This document shows positions 51,466 to 61,514 of a stretch of 64,000 nucleotides of DNA, piece by piece. Where the stretch lies: positions 124,001 to 188,000 of IMG/VR virus record IMGVR_UViG_3300032050_000004; one strand, given 5' to 3'. Below the pieces are notes generated by a model. The model saw only the letters and a program-made list of their open reading frames with translations, searched no databases and had not been told where the DNA came from. Positions within the stretch are counted from its first letter, which is position 1. Each line of letters opens with the position of its first letter. Made by a program: the position numbers and the translations under genes.

Positions 51466-51939
51466 TTATCCTTTTCTTAAAAGCTTGGATAGTTGATCTT
51501 TTGTTAAGAAAATCTCATCATCTGCAGATTTTTCATCTAAAAATTTATTCTCAATTATCCTGTTTTTTATTGGTTCTTCTTTTTGAGGAGCCACATTTAC
51601 TTTGAGTTTGGTTTTTTCTTCCTCTACTTGTTCTTTTACAATTACTTGAACATTTTTGGAAGCTTTAACAATAAAATCTGATGACCAAGGTTCAAAATAT
51701 ACATCATCAGCTATAACTTCGAGTCTCATTTTTCCTGAATTATTTTCAGATAAGAAGTTTTTTGTTTTTGGTATAGTAATTTCACAATTTCCCTCATCAT
51801 CGATCTTTCCGTTGAACATATAATTTATATCATTGCATTCGATAATAATTCTTGCTTTAGACTTTGAAAGAGATGTCCCATCAACTTCTATATTACAAGA
51901 AAATTTATTTGGTTTATCTGTATATAATTTATAGCTCAT
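51466..51939 (-). CDS. Hypothetical protein
   Basis: 157 aa; translationally coupled to the upstream ORF. Confidence 0.7.
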   Translation of the reverse strand: MSYKLYTDKPNKFSCNIEVDGTSLSKSKARIIIECNDINYMFNGKIDDEGNCEITIPKTKNFLSENNSGKMRLEVIADDVYFEPWSSDFIVKASKNVQVIVKEQVEEEKTKLKVNVAPQKEEPIKNRIIENKFLDEKSADDEIFLTKDQLSKLLRKG

Positions 51940-52265
51940 TACAAATTGATTTTTATTGAAATTATTTTGTTTTCAGTTTTAAGTAGATCTAGATTACTAA
52001 CGTTAATATTTATATCGGTATTTTTTATTTTAGTCAATTTATTTTCAAATTCCTCTTCTTCTGTTTTTAATCTTGTTATTAATTTAATTAATATTTGTTT
52101 TTCATCATCGGTTAATTCCTGTTTTTTGTTCTTATCTCTATAAAAGGCTTTTTTTTGTTGATTAGATGAAATTAATTTTTGTATTACACAAAATTCTTTC
52201 CAAGTTAAAGAAGCATTTTCCCAAGAATATATAGCGTCTTCCCAGCTGTAACATATTGAAGCCAT
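51939..52265 (-). CDS. Hypothetical protein with W-x6-W-x6-W N-terminal repeat
   Basis: YSWEDAIYSWENASLTWKE; TATTTAT upstream. Confidence 0.65.
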   Translation of the reverse strand: MASICYSWEDAIYSWENASLTWKEFCVIQKLISSNQQKKAFYRDKNKKQELTDDEKQILIKLITRLKTEEEEFENKLTKIKNTDININVSNLDLLKTENKIISIKINL

Positions 52266-52343
52266 ACAAATATTTCTTATAATAAATAGTAATAAAATTC
52301 ATTTTTTTTTACTATTTATTATTAAATTTTAAAAAATAAAAAA

Positions 52344-52769
52344 ATGAAAATATCTAAATCTGATTTGGAACAATTAATTAAAGAAGAAGCCATCAAAATG
52401 TTCCAAATTCAAAAACTTGAAGAAGCACAAAACAAAATTAATAATGAACTTCAATTAATTTCTGAGGGCAAAAAGAAAATGTCAGACGAAGAATTGAACG
52501 AACTTATAGCAGGTTTAAAAAGTGTTTTTGGTGCTGGGGCTAAAAAAGCTGGAGAAGCAATTGCCGGGGCTGGCGAAAAAGCAAAAGAATTAGGTGGTAA
52601 AATAGCATCTAAATATAAAGAAGGTGAGCAGACAGCAAAAATTGCTAAAATGGAAAAGCAAAGAGATGAAATAGTTGTTAAAATAAAACAATTAGCTGAT
52701 CAATATAAACAATTGACTGGTAAAAGATATTCTATGATTGGACAGAAAATTTCTCCAGTTGTAGCTTAA
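52344..52769 (+). CDS. Putative head-internal protein
   Basis: N-terminal KISKSDLEQLIKEE tag with LEE/ISE/LNE sites; has its own promoter motif and terminator. Confidence 0.6.
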   Translation: MKISKSDLEQLIKEEAIKMFQIQKLEEAQNKINNELQLISEGKKKMSDEELNELIAGLKSVFGAGAKKAGEAIAGAGEKAKELGGKIASKYKEGEQTAKIAKMEKQRDEIVVKIKQLADQYKQLTGKRYSMIGQKISPVVA

Positions 52770-52789
52770 TTTATATTAATCATATTTAG

Positions 52790-52823
52790 AAAGGAGATTA
52801 TTCAAACTAATCTCCTTTTTTTT
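52790..52823 (+). terminator. Rho-independent terminator
   Basis: AAGGAGATTA/TAATCTCCTT stem followed by a T-run. Confidence 0.8.
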
Positions 52824-52898
52824 ATTTTATATTTTTTTTGTTTTTAATTAAAAATTTTTTTAATTTTAAAAAATTACAATTAAATATATGTCTAACCT

Positions 52899-53459
52899 AT
52901 GCAAAATATTGATTATGAAGAGATAATTCAGAAACAAACACGACCCGGAAAAAAAATTAAAATAAATAATAAATTAATTGATAATAAAAATATTTCCGTT
53001 GATATTGGTACAGTAGATAATAAAAATTGCCCTAAAACTGTTTATTTAAACATTAGTTTTTGGGTAGATATAAAAAATAGAGAAAATAAGGATTTCGATG
53101 AAGATTTCGATAGAAATATTTCAAAAGAATTTTCAAAACATTTGAAAAGAATTTACAAAAGTGATCTATATGATTTTCTTACAGATAATAGATTTTTCCC
53201 TTTTTATTATGAAAATATTTACTCTTTTGATTTTCCAGAAAATTTAAATTATAATAATAAAAAGAGCTTTGTTAGTATAGAAATTCATTTACACACAATT
53301 AATAATAATATCTATTCTAAAAACTTAAGTGATTATTATACTTTGAAGAATGATATAAAAAATGACTTTTTCTACGAATTAATAACTATAGCTAACATAG
53401 TTGGTAATAGTGACTTATTAAGAGAAAAAGAAAATTTCTATATTTCTAAAAAGAAATAA
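52899..53459 (+). CDS. Hypothetical protein
   Basis: 186-aa ORF upstream of the prohead protease. Confidence 0.7.
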   Translation: MQNIDYEEIIQKQTRPGKKIKINNKLIDNKNISVDIGTVDNKNCPKTVYLNISFWVDIKNRENKDFDEDFDRNISKEFSKHLKRIYKSDLYDFLTDNRFFPFYYENIYSFDFPENLNYNNKKSFVSIEIHLHTINNNIYSKNLSDYYTLKNDIKNDFFYELITIANIVGNSDLLREKENFYISKKK

Positions 53460-53509
53460 AATAATTATTGTTTTTTTTGATCTATTTATTGGTAATTAAC
53501 AAATTATCA

Positions 53510-54163
53510 ATGAATAATCTCGATAATAAATATATTATTTCTGAATTTTTGGCAATCGATCCAGATGTACAGAAAATAAATGAGGCTATTGCTAAAAATG
53601 AGCCTATAATCGTTCCATGTATTTTACAAAAAGCCAACACTCTGAACAGAAATGGTAGAGTTTATCCATTCGATATTTTAAAAAGAGAGGTAGATAAATA
53701 TCAGCAATTAGTAAAAGAGAGAAGTGCAATGGGTGAGTTGGATCACCCGGATTCTGCTGTTATTTCCCTAGCAAATGTATCTCACATTGTAACAGAAATG
53801 TCATGGAAAGGTGAGGTTTTATATGGAAAAATTCAGATCGCAGATACACCTGCAGGCGACACTGTGAAAGGTCTTTTAAAAAGTGGTATCAAATTAGGTA
53901 TTTCATCTCGTGGTGTAGGTTCTGTAAAGAAAAACAGAGAAGATCAAGATGTTGTTCAGGAAGATTTTGAATTAATTGGTTTTGATATTGTTTCATCACC
54001 TTCAACACCCGGAGCTTATTTATTTAAGGAATCTAAGCAGTGGGGTATGAAAAAATTAATTGATTCTGATACTAAATTAATTAAGACAGATGAGGTTAAA
54101 AATAAAATTAAAAACCTAAAAAATAGTTTGAGTAATTTATCTAAAGATAGTTTCTGGAACTAA
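53510..54163 (+). CDS. Prohead core protease (T4 gp21-like)
   Basis: NRNGRVYP, GELDHP, VSH, GISSRGVGS, and FDIVSSPSTPGA. ATG 53510 preferred over TTG 53468 because the promoter motif lies between them. Confidence 0.95.
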   Translation: MNNLDNKYIISEFLAIDPDVQKINEAIAKNEPIIVPCILQKANTLNRNGRVYPFDILKREVDKYQQLVKERSAMGELDHPDSAVISLANVSHIVTEMSWKGEVLYGKIQIADTPAGDTVKGLLKSGIKLGISSRGVGSVKKNREDQDVVQEDFELIGFDIVSSPSTPGAYLFKESKQWGMKKLIDSDTKLIKTDEVKNKIKNLKNSLSNLSKDSFWN

Positions 54164-54257
54164 TAATTAAAAAAATAAATTGAAAAAAATAAAAAAAATA
54201 TAATTTATAAATTTTTTTTCTATTTATAACAAAATATCTATTATTTAAATAAATAAT

Positions 54258-55769
54258 ATGTTAAATAAAAACATCATAAAAGATGCATTAGCTGATGCTA
54301 AAGAAATAGAGAAGTTTGCTATTGAGCAAGCTAAAAAGTCTTTAGAAGAAGCATTGATGCCTCAAATAGAAAAGGCTATTCAAGAAAGCCTACAAGAAAA
54401 TAAATCAGAACAATTTATTTCTGAAGAATCGGAAGTTAATAATATTAATGAAAATATTATAACATCTGAAAATTTAATTTCTGAAAATACAAATTCAAAA
54501 AATATACAAGAAATGTACAACGAAAAAGAAGAAACAAACGAAGAATTATATGAGGTTGAAGGTCTTTTTGAAGATGAAACTGCCCAAGAACCTGCTGAGG
54601 CTTCGTTAGAGTCTAAACTCGATGCTATGGCTGCAAAGCTTGATACATTAATAGCAGCTGCTCAAGGTAGCGAAGAAACTTCTGCCGAAGGTGAAGTTGA
54701 AGTTGTAGACGATGAAGCTGCTGCTCCCGCAGAAGCTCCTGCTGCTGCTCCAGCTGAAGCACCAGCTCCTGCAGAAGCTCCGGCTCCTGCTGCACCAGCA
54801 CCAGCACCTGCTGAACAACCTACCGTTACAGAAGATACTATGTTCGAAATCGAAATGGAAGAAGATATGGAAGAAGGTCTTTTTGAAATGGAAGAAGATA
54901 TGGAAGAGGGTGATAAAGTTTATGAAATAAATGTTGAGGAAGATATGGAAGAAGAAGGTTGGAATAAAGTTGAAGAAGATATGGAAGAAGGTATGTATGA
55001 AATCAATTTAGAAGAAGATATGGAAGAAGAAGGTATGTATGAAATTGAAATGGAAGAAGATATGGAAGAAGGAGAAGAAGGTGTTGATCCGAAAACAGGA
55101 TTACCACTTCCTCCAAAAGAATTTGGTGGAATTAAAGGTGGAATGTTTGGAGAAGACATGGAAGAAGGAATGTTTGAAATTGAAATGGAAGAAGACATGG
55201 AAGAAAATACCATGCAAAATTTAGTAAATACACATAGAGCAAAAGAAAGAGGTAAAAGACAACCGGGATATGTTTCTCCTGCATCTGTAGCTTCAATCAA
55301 TGAATCTAAGAAAATAAAAGCTCAATATGAGTCTAAAGTAGACGAGCTTATAAAGGAAAACGCTAGTTTGAAAAACGTGATCAAAAATTACAAGTCGAAT
55401 TTGAAAGAATTTGAAAATTCATTTGTAGAATTAAAATCACAACTTAATGAAATGCAGATTTTCAATGGAAAATTAGCTTATGCAAATAAGCTTTTGACCA
55501 AAGGAGGATTGACAAATGACGAGAAAATTAGAATAGCTGAGGAATTTGATAAGTGTGCAACTGTTGAAGATGCAAAAAAACTTTACAACAAAATCATCAG
55601 TGAAAACACCTTCTCTTCAAAAAACAATTCTACGGATAAATTGAAATCTGTAAAGCCAAGCACGGCTGTTCAAAATCTTTCTGAAAATAAAACTGAAAAG
55701 TTATTTGAAAGTGAAGAGAGAAGAAGAATGAGAATGCTCGCTGGTATCGTAAAACCAATAAATGAATAA
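54258..55769 (+). CDS. Prohead scaffold/core protein (gp22-like)
   Basis: Lies between protease and capsid genes; very acidic, coiled-coil C-terminus, ends RMRMLAGI. Confidence 0.8.
   Translation: MLNKNIIKDALADAKEIEKFAIEQAKKSLEEALMPQIEKAIQESLQENKSEQFISEESEVNNINENIITSENLISENTNSKNIQEMYNEKEETNEELYEVEGLFEDETAQEPAEASLESKLDAMAAKLDTLIAAAQGSEETSAEGEVEVVDDEAAAPAEAPAAAPAEAPAPAEAPAPAAPAPAPAEQPTVTEDTMFEIEMEEDMEEGLFEMEEDMEEGDKVYEINVEEDMEEEGWNKVEEDMEEGMYEINLEEDMEEEGMYEIEMEEDMEEGEEGVDPKTGLPLPPKEFGGIKGGMFGEDMEEGMFEIEMEEDMEENTMQNLVNTHRAKERGKRQPGYVSPASVASINESKKIKAQYESKVDELIKENASLKNVIKNYKSNLKEFENSFVELKSQLNEMQIFNGKLAYANKLLTKGGLTNDEKIRIAEEFDKCATVEDAKKLYNKIISENTFSSKNNSTDKLKSVKPSTAVQNLSENKTEKLFESEERRRMRMLAGIVKPINE
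54715..55206 (+). repeat. APAEAPA tract followed by about 9 copies of (xEIxx)EEDMEEG
   Basis: Recurrent GAAGAAGA(T/C)ATGGAAGAAGG at the DNA level. Confidence 0.85.
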
Positions 55770-55785
55770 AAAAAAATAACGAAAA

Positions 55786-57405
55786 ATGTCTGAATTATTA
55801 AACAGCGGACAAGTTGGTATGACCGTATTACGCAACTTGTCTGAACAAAGAAAACAAATCGTTAAGAACTGGGAAAACTCAGGTCTTCTCGAAGGTATTG
55901 CCGGTCAAAAAAAAGCTAACATCGCTCAATTGTTAGAGAACCAAGCATCTCACATGCTTAATGAGGTAACTCTAGATAGTTCTGCAGGTCGTTTCGACAC
56001 TGTTGCATTTCCGATGGTAAGACGTATCTTCTCAAGATTACTTGCTTCTGAAATCGTATCAGTTCAACCTCTTGCTTTACCTTCTGGTTTGTTATTCTAT
56101 ATGGACGCTCAAGTATCTTCTGATAAAGTAGCTCCTTATTCTATAGCAAATTCTGGTGGTGGTTCTGGTCCTACATTCCCTAACAAATCTGCTTACGAGC
56201 GTTTCTATGACAATCGTGGATATGATGCATCTTGGGGTGCTGCAACTCAGCGTGTAGGTTCTGCAATCAGCATCGGTTCTGGTTCTACTACAACTGGTTT
56301 GATTGCTACGGCTGTAACATTAAGCTCTAATTTTGATGTAACTCTTAATCAGTCTTACACTTCTTTAGTACTTTCTGCTAATACAGCTATTGCTTACAAC
56401 GGTGTGGCTTTATTTGCTGCAGGTCAAACAGGTGTTACATTCTACTCTAATTTACAGACTTATGGTGCTGAATTAGTACAGAGTAACACTCCGGGTAACG
56501 TGAACAACATCTATAACATTGTTATCGATTTACGTCCTGCTCCAACTTCTACTGCTGCTTATTCATGGGTACAATCTGGATTAACTGCAGGTGTTGGTGG
56601 TGTAGGTGCTGGTATCATCCTTACTCCGATGTTCTACACTTACAACACGATTGAGGCTAGTCCAAACATGTCTGAATTAACTCTTCGTTTCTCTTCTGTA
56701 ACTGTAAACTCAATTACAAGAAAAATGAGAGCACATTGGACACCTGAATTAGCTCAAGATTTAGAAGCATACCACTCAATTGATGCTGAGGCTGAATTGA
56801 CAGCTTTATTGTCAGAAGAAGTTGCTGCTGAAATCGATCGTGAAATCATCCGTGATCTTGTTATCGGTGCTATGTTCGAAGCTCGTTGGGATTACCAAGG
56901 CTTACGTGACAACGTAAACTTCTTCGGTACTCAGAAAGACTGGAACCAAACTCTTATCACTCGTATCAACGAAATTTCTGCCCAGATCCACAAAGCTACC
57001 CTTCGTGGTGGTGCTAACTGGGTTATCTGTTCTGCAGAAGCTGGTGCGATCTTCGATGATCTTGAGTACTTCCATGTAGATTCTTCTGCATCACCTGAGA
57101 CTGAAAAGTATAACTTAGGTATGGAAAAAATCGGTAACTTAGGTAACCGTTATGTAGTGTACAAAGATCCTTACATGCCTGCTAACATCGTGTTGGTTGG
57201 ACACAAAGGTAATACCTTCCTTGAGGCTGGTTACGTGTACGCTCCTTACATTCCTCTTCAATTAACTCAGACGATCTACGATCCGAATGACTTTACACCT
57301 CGTAAAGGTATCATGACTCGTTATGCGAAGAAGATGATCAACAACCGTTTCTATGGTGTGATCTACCTTGACAATCTTAACACTTATACTCAGGTATATA
57401 GCTAA
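55786..57405 (+). CDS. Major capsid protein (T4 gp23-like)
   Basis: AQLLENQ, VSVQPLALPSGLLFY, WTPELAQDL.AYHSIDAEAEL, EIDREII, YAPYIPL, and PRKGIMTRY; strong high-expression codon bias (CGT, AAC, ATC, TTC). Confidence 0.97.
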   Translation: MSELLNSGQVGMTVLRNLSEQRKQIVKNWENSGLLEGIAGQKKANIAQLLENQASHMLNEVTLDSSAGRFDTVAFPMVRRIFSRLLASEIVSVQPLALPSGLLFYMDAQVSSDKVAPYSIANSGGGSGPTFPNKSAYERFYDNRGYDASWGAATQRVGSAISIGSGSTTTGLIATAVTLSSNFDVTLNQSYTSLVLSANTAIAYNGVALFAAGQTGVTFYSNLQTYGAELVQSNTPGNVNNIYNIVIDLRPAPTSTAAYSWVQSGLTAGVGGVGAGIILTPMFYTYNTIEASPNMSELTLRFSSVTVNSITRKMRAHWTPELAQDLEAYHSIDAEAELTALLSEEVAAEIDREIIRDLVIGAMFEARWDYQGLRDNVNFFGTQKDWNQTLITRINEISAQIHKATLRGGANWVICSAEAGAIFDDLEYFHVDSSASPETEKYNLGMEKIGNLGNRYVVYKDPYMPANIVLVGHKGNTFLEAGYVYAPYIPLQLTQTIYDPNDFTPRKGIMTRYAKKMINNRFYGVIYLDNLNTYTQVYS

Positions 57406-57426
57406 TCTTAAGATTGGTAATAATAG

Positions 57427-57460
57427 AAAAGGGCGAGATTATTCTCGCCTTTTTCTTTTT
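57427..57460 (+). terminator. Rho-independent terminator after the capsid gene
   Basis: AAAAGGGCGAGA/TCTCGCCTTTTT stem and T-run. Confidence 0.85.
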
Positions 57461-57475
57461 ATTTAATATTTATAT

Positions 57476-58228
57476 ATGATGGCTTCGAATAATTTAAATA
57501 AAACAATAAAGTATTTAAAAAATAAGAAAAAAATACTTTTTTTAACCACATCGAATAGATGGGTGGACAGTCAAGAAATACCTAAATCAAGTCAATTAGC
57601 AAATCATATTGCTGAAAAAGTAGGTATGGATAAAGTAACTATTATCGATATCACAAAATTAAAGATTTATCCTTGTGAGGGAAATGTATCTAGTGTTACA
57701 GGGAATGGTTGTGGAGCAAAAGATTCAGCTTTGAAAGATGAAAAAAAGAATCCTAGTGGCAATCATAGATGTTGGGCAAGTATTAATAATCCTGATGATG
57801 AATTATGGAAAGTTTCTAAAAATCTTTTTGAGTCAGATGTAGTTGTTTTTTTCTCTTCCTCAAGGTGGGGTCAAACAAATGCTTATTATCAAAAATTAAT
57901 TGAAAGACTTACTTGGATAGAAAATATTCACGCTGCTTTTGAAGAAAAGAATTTAGTTGAAAATATTGAAGCTGGTTTTATAACTGTAGGTCATAATTGG
58001 AGAGCAAAAGAGATTATAGAAGTTCAAAAAGATGTTTTAAAATTTTTTGGCTTTAAAACACCAAATGAACTTTTTTGGGGTTATCAATATACAATGGATG
58101 CTAATGATGAAACAGCCGAGTCTTACAGAAAAACTATTCCAGCTTTCGAAAAATTATATGGTTTTATTCTTAATAAAACTGCCATACACGAAATAAAATT
58201 ATCTATAAAGAAATTACTAAAATTTTAA
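57476..58228 (+). CDS. Flavodoxin-like NADPH-dependent FMN reductase / iron-sulfur flavoprotein family
   Basis: LFLTTSNR, IYPCEGNVS..C..CW Cys cluster, SDVVVFFSSSRWG, and QKLIERL. Confidence 0.75.
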   Translation: MMASNNLNKTIKYLKNKKKILFLTTSNRWVDSQEIPKSSQLANHIAEKVGMDKVTIIDITKLKIYPCEGNVSSVTGNGCGAKDSALKDEKKNPSGNHRCWASINNPDDELWKVSKNLFESDVVVFFSSSRWGQTNAYYQKLIERLTWIENIHAAFEEKNLVENIEAGFITVGHNWRAKEIIEVQKDVLKFFGFKTPNELFWGYQYTMDANDETAESYRKTIPAFEKLYGFILNKTAIHEIKLSIKKLLKF

Positions 58229-58233
58229 TTGCA

Positions 58234-59235
58234 ATGGACAGAATTAATTTAAAGGAATTAGATTTTTTAATTAAAAATCATTTAGACCAACTAAATGAAG
58301 CTTTAATTGCTGGTGAAAATATTGATTCTGGGGATTTTATCGTAAAAAACTCAGAAAAAGATAAATTAACTGGTGAATTATCTAATGATCTTAAATACCT
58401 TTTTAAAATAACAGAATTTACAAAGTCTGGAAAAGCTTTAGTTATTAAACCGGATCAATTACAGAAATGGAGAAATTCAACTAATGTGGATAGATCTTTA
58501 ATGTCTAAAGAAGTAAATCTTAATGATTATGATGTTGTAAATGTAGAAGATGAATATTTAAATTTTCCAGAATCATTACTAGATGAAGGAAAGGTAAAAT
58601 CTTCCAAAACTAAATCAGGAAGAAAAGTACCCGGAAAATATCTTACAAAAGATAAAGCTGCAATGAAAGGTGAAATTGAAAGAGTTTCTAAATTAAAATC
58701 TGATGACCCTTCTGCATATGGAAAATGGGAAGCAGATTATAAAGCAAGAAATACAAAATCAGGCAAACCTCATAAAACAAAAAAAAGTGCTGCTACTATA
58801 GCTTATGAGAAAAAGTTTGGTAAAAAAAATGAAAACATAGATATGAAAAACGAATTAATAACTGAAGATATTGACAAAGCTTTGGCAAATAAAGCAAAAG
58901 CATCAGGAATCTCTAAGTCTATTTTAAAAAGAGTATATTCGAAAGGAGCAGCTGCTTGGAAAAGTGGACATCGTCCCGGTGTTTCTCAACAACAATGGGC
59001 TATGGGTCGCGTAAATTCATTTATCACTGGAAGTGGTGGTGCAAGAAAAGCTGATGCAGACCTTTGGGCAAAAGCCAAAAAATCCAAGAAAAGAAAAAAT
59101 GAGAATCTTGAAGAGGAATTGTTAAGAAGAAAAATACGAGAAATTATAAGCGAAGAATATTTCACCAAAGAAGAATTGGATGAATTATATCCTATGTTAG
59201 TAGGTGAGGACGAAATTAATAATGAAGAGGAATAA
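58234..59235 (+). CDS. Putative head-associated protein with DUF5824-like domain
   Basis: ALANKAKASGIS..ILKRVYSKGAAAWKSGHRPG..QQQWAMGRVNSF; tag-like helices at both ends. Confidence 0.6.
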   Translation: MDRINLKELDFLIKNHLDQLNEALIAGENIDSGDFIVKNSEKDKLTGELSNDLKYLFKITEFTKSGKALVIKPDQLQKWRNSTNVDRSLMSKEVNLNDYDVVNVEDEYLNFPESLLDEGKVKSSKTKSGRKVPGKYLTKDKAAMKGEIERVSKLKSDDPSAYGKWEADYKARNTKSGKPHKTKKSAATIAYEKKFGKKNENIDMKNELITEDIDKALANKAKASGISKSILKRVYSKGAAAWKSGHRPGVSQQQWAMGRVNSFITGSGGARKADADLWAKAKKSKKRKNENLEEELLRRKIREIISEEYFTKEELDELYPMLVGEDEINNEEE

Positions 59236-59271
59236 TAAAATATTCTTTATTATTATTACGATATTCTCTTA

Positions 59272-59634
59272 TTAAATTGGTACTCCAATTTTTCTAAATG
59301 ACTCTACAAAATCTTCTGAAAGTTCTATCTCAATATCGTTTATGACCTGATTTAACCAAAATTCAATACTTTCTTTAATTGTATTTTTTATCTCAGAAAG
59401 TATTATGTTATCAGTTTTTGATAAATTATTCCAAGGTATTGAACCATATGGTGTTATTACATAAACGTCAGAATAATCTCCAACTAAAGAGCTAGGATAT
59501 GTTCCACCATGTAATCTACCTTCTCCTGTAGATCCCTCCATTGCATCCCTAGCTATTCGAGCGAATATAGCAGATAATAATTCTATTTTCTTTTTTTCAG
59601 AAATATCTGATTTTTTAAATCTATTTTTTTTCAT
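59272..59634 (-). CDS. Hypothetical protein
   Basis: 120-aa ORF. Confidence 0.65.
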   Translation of the reverse strand: MKKNRFKKSDISEKKKIELLSAIFARIARDAMEGSTGEGRLHGGTYPSSLVGDYSDVYVITPYGSIPWNNLSKTDNIILSEIKNTIKESIEFWLNQVINDIEIELSEDFVESFRKIGVPI

Positions 59635-59644
59635 AATAAATAAA

Positions 59645-60040
59645 TTATTTAATTGCTAGACACATTGTTAAACCTTCTCTTTTTACTGAAACAAATAAAT
59701 TTTTATTTATTCCATTGACACTAGTCAACACAAGTCCTGTTGCTAGTATTGTCATGACTCCACCAATACCGTATATAGTAGTGTTATTCATATAATACTC
59801 GTGTTTTACAGCTTGTTGACCTATAACAAGACCACCTACCAATAATCCAGTATACATCATCGTTTTAGCGAAACGATTATTCTTTTTTTCTTTATACCTT
59901 CCTGACTTATATTCATCTTCATAAAGCTGAAGTGAATTCAAATCATTTTTACTTAGGTTATAAGTAGACATCAAATCTTGTGCTCTCGTTTCTGACTTTG
60001 TAATAACAATAATCAGTAGAATAAATAATATCTTTTTCAT
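59645..60040 (-). CDS. Exported/membrane hypothetical protein
   Basis: Signal peptide (..TRA/QD) plus two Gly-rich hydrophobic segments. Confidence 0.65.
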   Translation of the reverse strand: MKKILFILLIIVITKSETRAQDLMSTYNLSKNDLNSLQLYEDEYKSGRYKEKKNNRFAKTMMYTGLLVGGLVIGQQAVKHEYYMNNTTIYGIGGVMTILATGLVLTSVNGINKNLFVSVKREGLTMCLAIK

Positions 60041-60046
60041 GATATG

Positions 60047-60457
60047 TTATTTTACAATTTTTAAATTATCAAGAACTATTTTTGCAGAATCATTTTCAAC
60101 TACAGTCTTCATACGAACAACCTTATTTGTTGCCATAATATTAGCATTGTATGAAAGGATATAATACTTACCATCCGTAGTCTTATTTATAATTTTTATT
60201 TTATATCCAAAATCACAGTTCTGGTAGTAATCTAAAATATTATCTTTTCCATATTTTTTAATAGATTCCTGAGAAGTAAATTTTAACATTTCATCATACC
60301 TACCAAGTCTGTATAATGTCTGGAAAAACTGTCCAAAATTAGTTCCCATCATAAATGAGGGGTTGGAAAATGGTTTATTAGAATCAACTGAACTTTGAGC
60401 GTTTGTTTGAGTCGATCCGACAAAAATTATGAACAATATAATAATAGTGCGTTTCAT
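60047..60457 (-). CDS. Exported hypothetical protein
   Basis: Sec signal ending TNA/Q, consistent with Bacteroidota Gln at +1. Confidence 0.7.
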   Translation of the reverse strand: MKRTIIILFIIFVGSTQTNAQSSVDSNKPFSNPSFMMGTNFGQFFQTLYRLGRYDEMLKFTSQESIKKYGKDNILDYYQNCDFGYKIKIINKTTDGKYYILSYNANIMATNKVVRMKTVVENDSAKIVLDNLKIVK

Positions 60458-60467
60458 CGTTTTTTCT

Positions 60468-60500
60468 AATTTAAACGCACTTTTTAAACGGAAAGTTACA
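60468..60500 (-). promoter_or_regulatory. Putative ECF-sigma-type promoter TGTAAC-N17-CGTTTA
   Basis: Second copy of the motif at 29735..29766, about 10 nt before the ATG at 60457. Confidence 0.5.
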
Positions 60501-60537
60501 TATTTTTATGTATTTTATTGATTATCAATAAGTTACA

Positions 60538-60729
60538 CTATTCTTCATTTTTAAAAAATTCCCTAATTAATAGAAAAATAAGACCAAAAATTGCAATAAT
60601 ATTAATAGAAGCTATTAAATAAAGGATCCATTTATAAGTAAAAATTAAGTATAGGAAAAGAAACATCAAAAATATAGCAAATATATAACTTGCTAATTGG
60701 GCAATTTTGTCCTCTAAGAGCATTTTCAT
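60538..60729 (-). CDS. Small two-TM membrane protein
   Basis: 63 aa, two hydrophobic helices; overlaps the upstream stop. Confidence 0.55.
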   Translation of the reverse strand: MKMLLEDKIAQLASYIFAIFLMFLFLYLIFTYKWILYLIASINIIAIFGLIFLLIREFFKNEE

Positions 60730-61514
60730 TTAAACTGGAATTGAACTATCTTCAAATCTACGAAAGAATCCCGATTTTTCAAATTTTGTCTAATTTCTAT
60801 TCCACCAATATTCATATTAAATTTCTTACTATTGAATACTATCGGCTCTAAACCAGCTTTTGCAACAATTCCACCGTTGATTAAATCATAGTTTGCTCCA
60901 ACATAAGGTTTATAATTAAACTCCCATTTTTTCGCTTTACCCGGTAAAACATAAGTCAAAGATTTATTAATTTTTAAACTATCTCCGGTTGTTCTATTAT
61001 AGGCAGTAACAAAGACTTGAACTTTAGTATTATCTTTTGGATCAGGATTAGCTTGTACAGTGGTTAATTCTATTTCCTGTGGAACAACAATTAAAAGCGA
61101 TGAATCACCGTTCAAAGGTACAACCTTAGCAGTTTTAGTGATAATCCCATCCTGATTCAAAAATAAAGCACTATCACCCTCGATAACAAAACTACTTTTA
61201 GTTATAGTAGTTGTAGAGTTCTCTATTTTAAGGTTTTTCATTTCACCCCTAACAGCTTGGGGAATCATGTTCTTAATATCATTAAATTGTTTATTTAATG
61301 CAGTATTAAATACTTTATCAAATAGTCCCGGTTGAGCAACTACCTGTACCTCAGATTTTGCACTAACACTATCAGATAATGTTTTAAATTGATTATCTAC
61401 ATCGCTATTCAAATTAGTAACTTGATCTTGCATTTTTGACATTTTCCAATTAAAGAAAAATACCACTCCAGCCATCAATAGCCCAAAAAATACATAGTCT
61501 TTTATTTTGCTCAT
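60726..61514 (-). CDS. Membrane-anchored hypothetical protein with beta-rich C-terminus
   Basis: N-terminal TM segment, short coiled coil, then amphipathic beta strands ending QFQFK. Confidence 0.65.
   Translation of the reverse strand: MSKIKDYVFFGLLMAGVVFFFNWKMSKMQDQVTNLNSDVDNQFKTLSDSVSAKSEVQVVAQPGLFDKVFNTALNKQFNDIKNMIPQAVRGEMKNLKIENSTTTITKSSFVIEGDSALFLNQDGIITKTAKVVPLNGDSSLLIVVPQEIELTTVQANPDPKDNTKVQVFVTAYNRTTGDSLKINKSLTYVLPGKAKKWEFNYKPYVGANYDLINGGIVAKAGLEPIVFNSKKFNMNIGGIEIRQNLKNRDSFVDLKIVQFQFK

Noticed and set aside
54850-55206. CRISPR-like repeat-spacer pattern
   Set aside because: The repeats are in-frame coding units of the scaffold, with short related spacers; no cas genes are present.
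60523-60535. IHF-consensus match TATCAATAAGTTA
   Set aside because: A single match in very AT-rich DNA, with no integrase or att context.
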